Below are positions 35,087-38,702 of a stretch of DNA of 38,702 nt, piece by piece. Numbering within the stretch: position 1 is the stretch's first letter; each line of letters starts with the position of its first letter. The notes beneath the pieces were generated by a model, which did no database searches, was not told the origin of the DNA, and was given only the letters and a program-made list of their open reading frames with translations. Source of the DNA: Candidatus Methylomirabilis sp. bin48 (GTDB lineage: Bacteria; Methylomirabilota; Methylomirabilia; Methylomirabilales; Methylomirabilaceae); the NCBI GenBank assembly GCA_031838355.1, contig JANGEZ010000081.1:1-38702 (forward strand). Reading direction: 5' to 3'. Made by a program: the position numbers and the translations under genes.

Positions 35087-35602
35087 TCAAGGCGAGCGTT
35101 GGAGGCGGATCACGGACGTGCCTGCCAGCATGTCGTGCAGACCGCGTTTTTGCCGGGTACACGCGATCATCAGAAAGCCACTGCTAAAAAGCAGGAGCGA
35201 GAGTATCCAACACAGCGAGCGAAGCAATGCCCTGCCATACGTCATCTCCTGACCGTCAACTCGGACAACCTTCAGGTGGAGGAGCATCTTTCCCGGGGTC
35301 TGCCCACACGAGCCGACAAAAATGGTGAAATATACCACACCACTCAACATGACGATGGCAGTGCTTGAATACCCAGCCAACGCCATCACCTGATCATTGA
35401 TCTCGCCGCCCAACTGGCCCCCAACATAAATGGTTGTCAGTACGACAAGGGTGAGAGCCATGGTGACGAGAAAGAGGCAAGCGAGATCGACGACCCAGGC
35501 CGCCAGTCGAATCCAGAATCCGGCCTTACGGGCCTGAGGCCTCGCGATAATAAGCACACTGTTGATCGACTCGGTAGGGTGGCAGCACTCGACTCTACGC
35601 AC
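35087..35602 (-). CDS. RDD-family membrane protein
   Basis: AGFWIRLAA..VD, GQTPGK....LKVV..DG, R.....GLHD.LAGT.V. Confidence 0.88.
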   Translation of the reverse strand: MRRVECCHPTESINSVLIIARPQARKAGFWIRLAAWVVDLACLFLVTMALTLVVLTTIYVGGQLGGEINDQVMALAGYSSTAIVMLSGVVYFTIFVGSCGQTPGKMLLHLKVVRVDGQEMTYGRALLRSLCWILSLLLFSSGFLMIACTRQKRGLHDMLAGTSVIRLQRSP

Positions 35603-35789
35603 TGCCCCCCTGTCTGTTTGCCGCTGCCAGTGCGTCCGTGAACCGAAATTTGCAAACTTCGCACCGGCGGAAGAGGGGTTTGAGCATGTCACCAACGAGT
35701 CCCGCGGTGACGATATAATAGATGAATGACGTCTTCGGAGGAAACTCCCGTTCTTGGTTACACTTGGGGCAGTGAATAGACATGAGCAT
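35595..35789 (-). CDS. Small zinc-ribbon protein
   Basis: CPKC...CEVC pairs; GAGGAG RBS; overlaps the RDD start. Confidence 0.6.
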   Translation of the reverse strand: MLMSIHCPKCNQEREFPPKTSFIYYIVTAGLVGDMLKPLFRRCEVCKFRFTDALAAANRQGGSA

Positions 35790-35906
35790 CTCCTCAAAAT
35801 GCGTCGGCCGAACGCTTCAGACCAAGAGTCTATTAATTTTCATGGTACCGTAAAATATACCCAGTACGTCAATCTGCTTCTTGCGCAAAAACCTTCAACG
35901 TTCGCG

Positions 35907-35985
35907 GCGATTCTCTCGTCTTTACAAGAAATTGTCAAGGTTCGCCATGACCCGCCGTTGGTCGACAAGCGCTGGAACTCCGATC
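35907..35985. repeat. Diverged direct repeat (partner at 38458-38532) containing a minus-strand sigma70-like promoter
   Basis: gcgattctc.cg.cttt...ttgtcaaggttcgc.atga.c.gc.gttg..cg.ca occurs in both copies; both read TTGACA-N17-GAGAAT on the minus strand. Confidence 0.7.
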
Positions 35986-36282
35986 AGCCTGATCCTGATG
36001 GCGTAGCCAGTTTCCAGATCGGCGTTTGGGCGGACGGGCGGCGGCGTAGTAACTCTGGGCGGGACTATAGCGGCCCATCTCACCGCCAGGGCTCCATCAT
36101 CCAGGCCGACCCTGCCGGCCATTCACCCGTTTACGTCCGACCATATTCACCCTCAGTGATACCGTATCTGGGTATTCGGCCAATGGTGCATGTCAGCCGC
36201 GAGCGCCGCCCCCTCCGAGTTTTGTACTTCCTGCTCGCTCCTGGGGGCATCTGTCGGCTGGAAGCGGCTAACGGCGTGTAAC

Positions 36283-36690
36283 TCAAATGAACACGGCGGG
36301 TGACACATGAAACCGCTTTGCCAAAAGACGAACCTGGCGAACATTCAATTCCCGCTTGCCATTTAGGATTTCGGACACGACGCCCTGAGATCCGATGTCT
36401 GGCAAGTCCGATTGATTCAAACCATGCTCTTCCATAAAAAACTGAAGCATGTCGGCTCCAGCGCATCCAGGCATGGGATGATGTTTTTCCTCGTAAACGT
36501 GCATCAACGTGCCTAGCGTATCTAACAGGCCATACAGGGGATGGCGCTCGTTATCACCGATTTCATCCAACAACTCATTGAGCCGCTTAATCGCCGAGTC
36601 ATATTCGCGCTCATTGTGAATCGTGAGGATGGGGCGAATATTGGCCCAATGACTTTGGAGGTCTTTCGTGAGAGTGCTCATACCTGACAT
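36283..36690 (-). CDS. HigA-like antitoxin / XRE HTH protein
   Basis: I.NEREY..A...L..L.D...L.TL...YE..H...L.F.ME.HGL.QSDL.DIGSQGVVSEILNGKRELN. Confidence 0.88.
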   Translation of the reverse strand: MSGMSTLTKDLQSHWANIRPILTIHNEREYDSAIKRLNELLDEIGDNERHPLYGLLDTLGTLMHVYEEKHHPMPGCAGADMLQFFMEEHGLNQSDLPDIGSQGVVSEILNGKRELNVRQVRLLAKRFHVSPAVFI

Positions 36691-36713
36691 GCTGGCGTCA
36701 AATGTTTTAGGGA

Positions 36714-37121
36714 TTATCCGCCTTGAAAGCCCCGAAGTGTAAGCTTTCGTAAAACGAAATCTTTTACTTGTCTCGCAGTCTCAATGGCCTCTGTCGTTTC
36801 CTGGTCGGATGGAAGATAGAACTCGTCGCCATAGCGGATATCAACGGCAAAATCGGTAAGCTTATCAGCGCCTATCTCACCAAGCGCCTGAAAGTCGCCG
36901 TCGATCTCGATGCATTCGCTCAGCAACGCGGCAATACTGTGTGTTCGAGGTACTTCTTTTCCGTGAAAGATGAGGAAAGCCTTCAGATATTTCTCGCCAC
37001 ACTGCTGCATATGGAAGCATACGGCGTCGGTAGCGGGTGCTGTGGTTTCCATCTCGTCTTGGCCGATTTTGAGGTCGCTTTCTGCTTTCCGTATCCAGTT
37101 GCCAACAGCCTCTTCGTTCAT
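36714..37121 (-). CDS. HEPN-domain protein
   Basis: W..KAE.DL...CFH.QQ..EKYLKAFL......PRTH....L...RY. Confidence 0.88.
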   Translation of the reverse strand: MNEEAVGNWIRKAESDLKIGQDEMETTAPATDAVCFHMQQCGEKYLKAFLIFHGKEVPRTHSIAALLSECIEIDGDFQALGEIGADKLTDFAVDIRYGDEFYLPSDQETTEAIETARQVKDFVLRKLTLRGFQGG

Positions 37122-37438
37122 AGTTCAATTCCCTCTTTGAAGACGTAGTAGGCGAGGCAGCCGGTATTTTGCCGCGCCTTGCTGACGGCACTCGCTGAAC
37201 GGATGATCACATCGCTTGCGAGTCCAGCCGCTGCAAGACGCCACCGAATTCGTTCGGCAATCTTCCTTCGTTCATCGAACGACAGATCTCTGTCGGCTGT
37301 GACGAAGAAATCCCAGTCGCTGCGGTTATCGAAATCGCCCCTGGCCCTGCTGCCAAACAGTAGTATGTGGAGGGCGTTGAGTCCGCTCCTCCGGATCTCT
37401 TCAGTAATGATGTCCTTGGCCGCGCTTAATGTTTCCAT
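37118..37438 (-). CDS. Minimal nucleotidyltransferase (MNT)
   Basis: LFGSRARGD....SDWD motif; ATGA-coupled to the HEPN gene. Confidence 0.9.
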   Translation of the reverse strand: METLSAAKDIITEEIRRSGLNALHILLFGSRARGDFDNRSDWDFFVTADRDLSFDERRKIAERIRWRLAAAGLASDVIIRSASAVSKARQNTGCLAYYVFKEGIEL

Positions 37439-37830
37439 TGCGTCACCACCATGTCAAAGACTCGATTTGCTTCCAGTCCAGATTATTCGCATCCATATCT
37501 TGCCGTCGTCACACTCGACTGAAGCGGCGCGTGAAAACGTACTGAACACCGTTCAGGCACAGTAGCGCCGCTCCCAGAAGTGGCCTCGGCGTCCCCGGAG
37601 CCGGTGGAACGTCTTGGCGGTCTGCGTCATGAACCAACGGGGGGGCGTCCGGGGTGCAGCATCGCGACCCCCAGGATGGAGCAAGGGCGCTCATCGGTCC
37701 GCAAATAGGGCTTCATTCTCCTGCCTGCCCAGGATATTGCCTACGAAGAATTACAACGCGACTTCACGAACATCGCCTACTTACGGCTCGATAGGTGTCC
37801 GGTACCTTTTCGCAGTATTGCAGTAGATAT

Positions 37831-38400
37831 TTATAAGAATTCCCTCAACTCGGAATGTAGGTGGTCAAGAATCTGATTCCGCTCCTCACGGGACACGTGA
37901 GTAAAATCAGGGTGAGTACTACCTTTCGTCACTCCGTCCCACCTCATTGTGTAAATCTGCTGGTACCTTCTGTCGAGAATTGGATCGCGGTAAGTAATCC
38001 CAAGAACGATGAACTGAGGCGGTACGTCTGTGGCCATCTTCAAGCTGTCGTTATACCATGGCGTTGGCGAATCTGTTGGTATTTCATTGCCAATCGAAAA
38101 GGCTATCTGGAGCGTAGGTGGGCGATCCGGTGATTGATCGGTGATAATAAGTTTGGCCACTAGTTCGTCAGCCGGGTGCATGCCGGCGTTAATCATAGTG
38201 ATCTGTATACGGTATGGTGGGCTCGTTGGGAGTGGCTTGATTCCTGGTTCCTTTACACTGATGTATGGTCGTTTAGCCGCAAGATCGTTTTTTCGGCTCT
38301 CGCTCGCTTGATAGACCGCAAAACAAGCGGCAAGCGCTGCCAGCAGTGCTGACACTGCGGATACTGCAGACCAAAAACCATCGCGCGTCCACTCGACCAT
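37831..38400 (-). CDS. Hypothetical membrane-anchored protein
   Basis: N-terminal TM helix followed by RPYI; AT-richer sequence than the flanks; AGAGG RBS. Confidence 0.7.
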   Translation of the reverse strand: MVEWTRDGFWSAVSAVSALLAALAACFAVYQASESRKNDLAAKRPYISVKEPGIKPLPTSPPYRIQITMINAGMHPADELVAKLIITDQSPDRPPTLQIAFSIGNEIPTDSPTPWYNDSLKMATDVPPQFIVLGITYRDPILDRRYQQIYTMRWDGVTKGSTHPDFTHVSREERNQILDHLHSELREFL

Positions 38401-38457
38401 ATCGTCTGATACCTCTATCGCCTAACGGCGCCACATGTGTAAATGTTAATGGTTGCA

Positions 38458-38532
38458 GCGATTCTCCCGCCTTTGTAGGGACTTGTCAAGGTTCGCTATG
38501 ATCTGCTGTTGACCGGCACACATTGCTCCGAG
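38458..38532. repeat. Second copy of the promoter-containing direct repeat (partner at 35907-35985)
   Basis: gcgattctcccgcctttgtagggacttgtcaaggttcgctatgatctgctgttgaccggca. Confidence 0.7.
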
Positions 38533-38534
38533 AT

Positions 38535-38627
38535 TTCCCCCTCACCCTCGCCCTCTCCCCCAAATGGGGGCGAGGGGAATAGTTTATCAAAAACGGTGAG
38601 ATTGCTTCGCCTTTGGCTCGCAATGAC
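38535..38627. repeat. Two REP-like intergenic elements
   Basis: ccctcaccctcgccctctcccc-caaat-gggggcgagggg hairpin and gagattgcttcg...ctcgcaatgac; both resemble widespread dispersed intergenic repeat types. Confidence 0.55.
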
Positions 38628-38702
38628 GCAACCCCGGGAAGCCGTCTGCGCTTGACAGGGGCGGAGTGATCTGATAACTGCTTACGTTAGATGACAGCAA
38701 GC

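Noticed and set aside
900-35200. Numerous long plus-strand ORFs (e.g. 7222-8151, 16384-17379, 20662-21573)
   Set aside because: They are antisense shadows of well-supported minus-strand genes in GC-rich DNA and carry no recognisable motifs.
35754-36281. 175-aa plus-strand ORF and overlapping small ORFs
   Set aside because: No recognisable domain; it overlaps the promoter repeat and the zinc-ribbon gene start, so it is probably non-coding or a remnant.
38652-38680. Plus-strand sigma70 promoter at the window end
   Set aside because: Perfect TTGACA, but the -10 is weak and the downstream gene is outside the window.

Overview
The window has two parts. Right part (about 29.7-38.7 kb): host chromosome with the conserved minus-strand operon ffh-rpsP-khpA-rimM-trmD-rplS-rnhB-yraN-comM, preceded by an RDD gene and a small toxin-antitoxin pocket (MNT-HEPN, orphan HigA-like gene) bracketed by a duplicated promoter segment. 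comM (YifB/Mg-chelatase-like ATPase) is cut off just before its Walker A motif at about 29675, which marks the edge of an integrated mobile element. Left part (1 to about 29.67 kb): the element, whose other end and integrase lie outside the window. It carries an about 8.6 kb plasmid-like backbone bounded by a diverged about 135 bp direct repeat: IncQ-type repA-repC with three 20 bp iterons, a Mor-like regulator, ParM/ParR, a MOBH relaxase and a type IV coupling protein. Downstream is an about 20 kb co-oriented, tightly coupled cargo region: sigma54 activators, PrcB plus an S8 subtilase, SSB, a kinase, and an unusual collage of isolated flagellar/chemotaxis genes (fliA, fliG, fliH, MCP, FleR-like, lytic transglycosylase, STAS-like, motB, CheZ-like, flaG, flgH). 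Most lack their obligate partners and several have degenerate active sites. All calls come from motif recognition by eye; no database searches were run.
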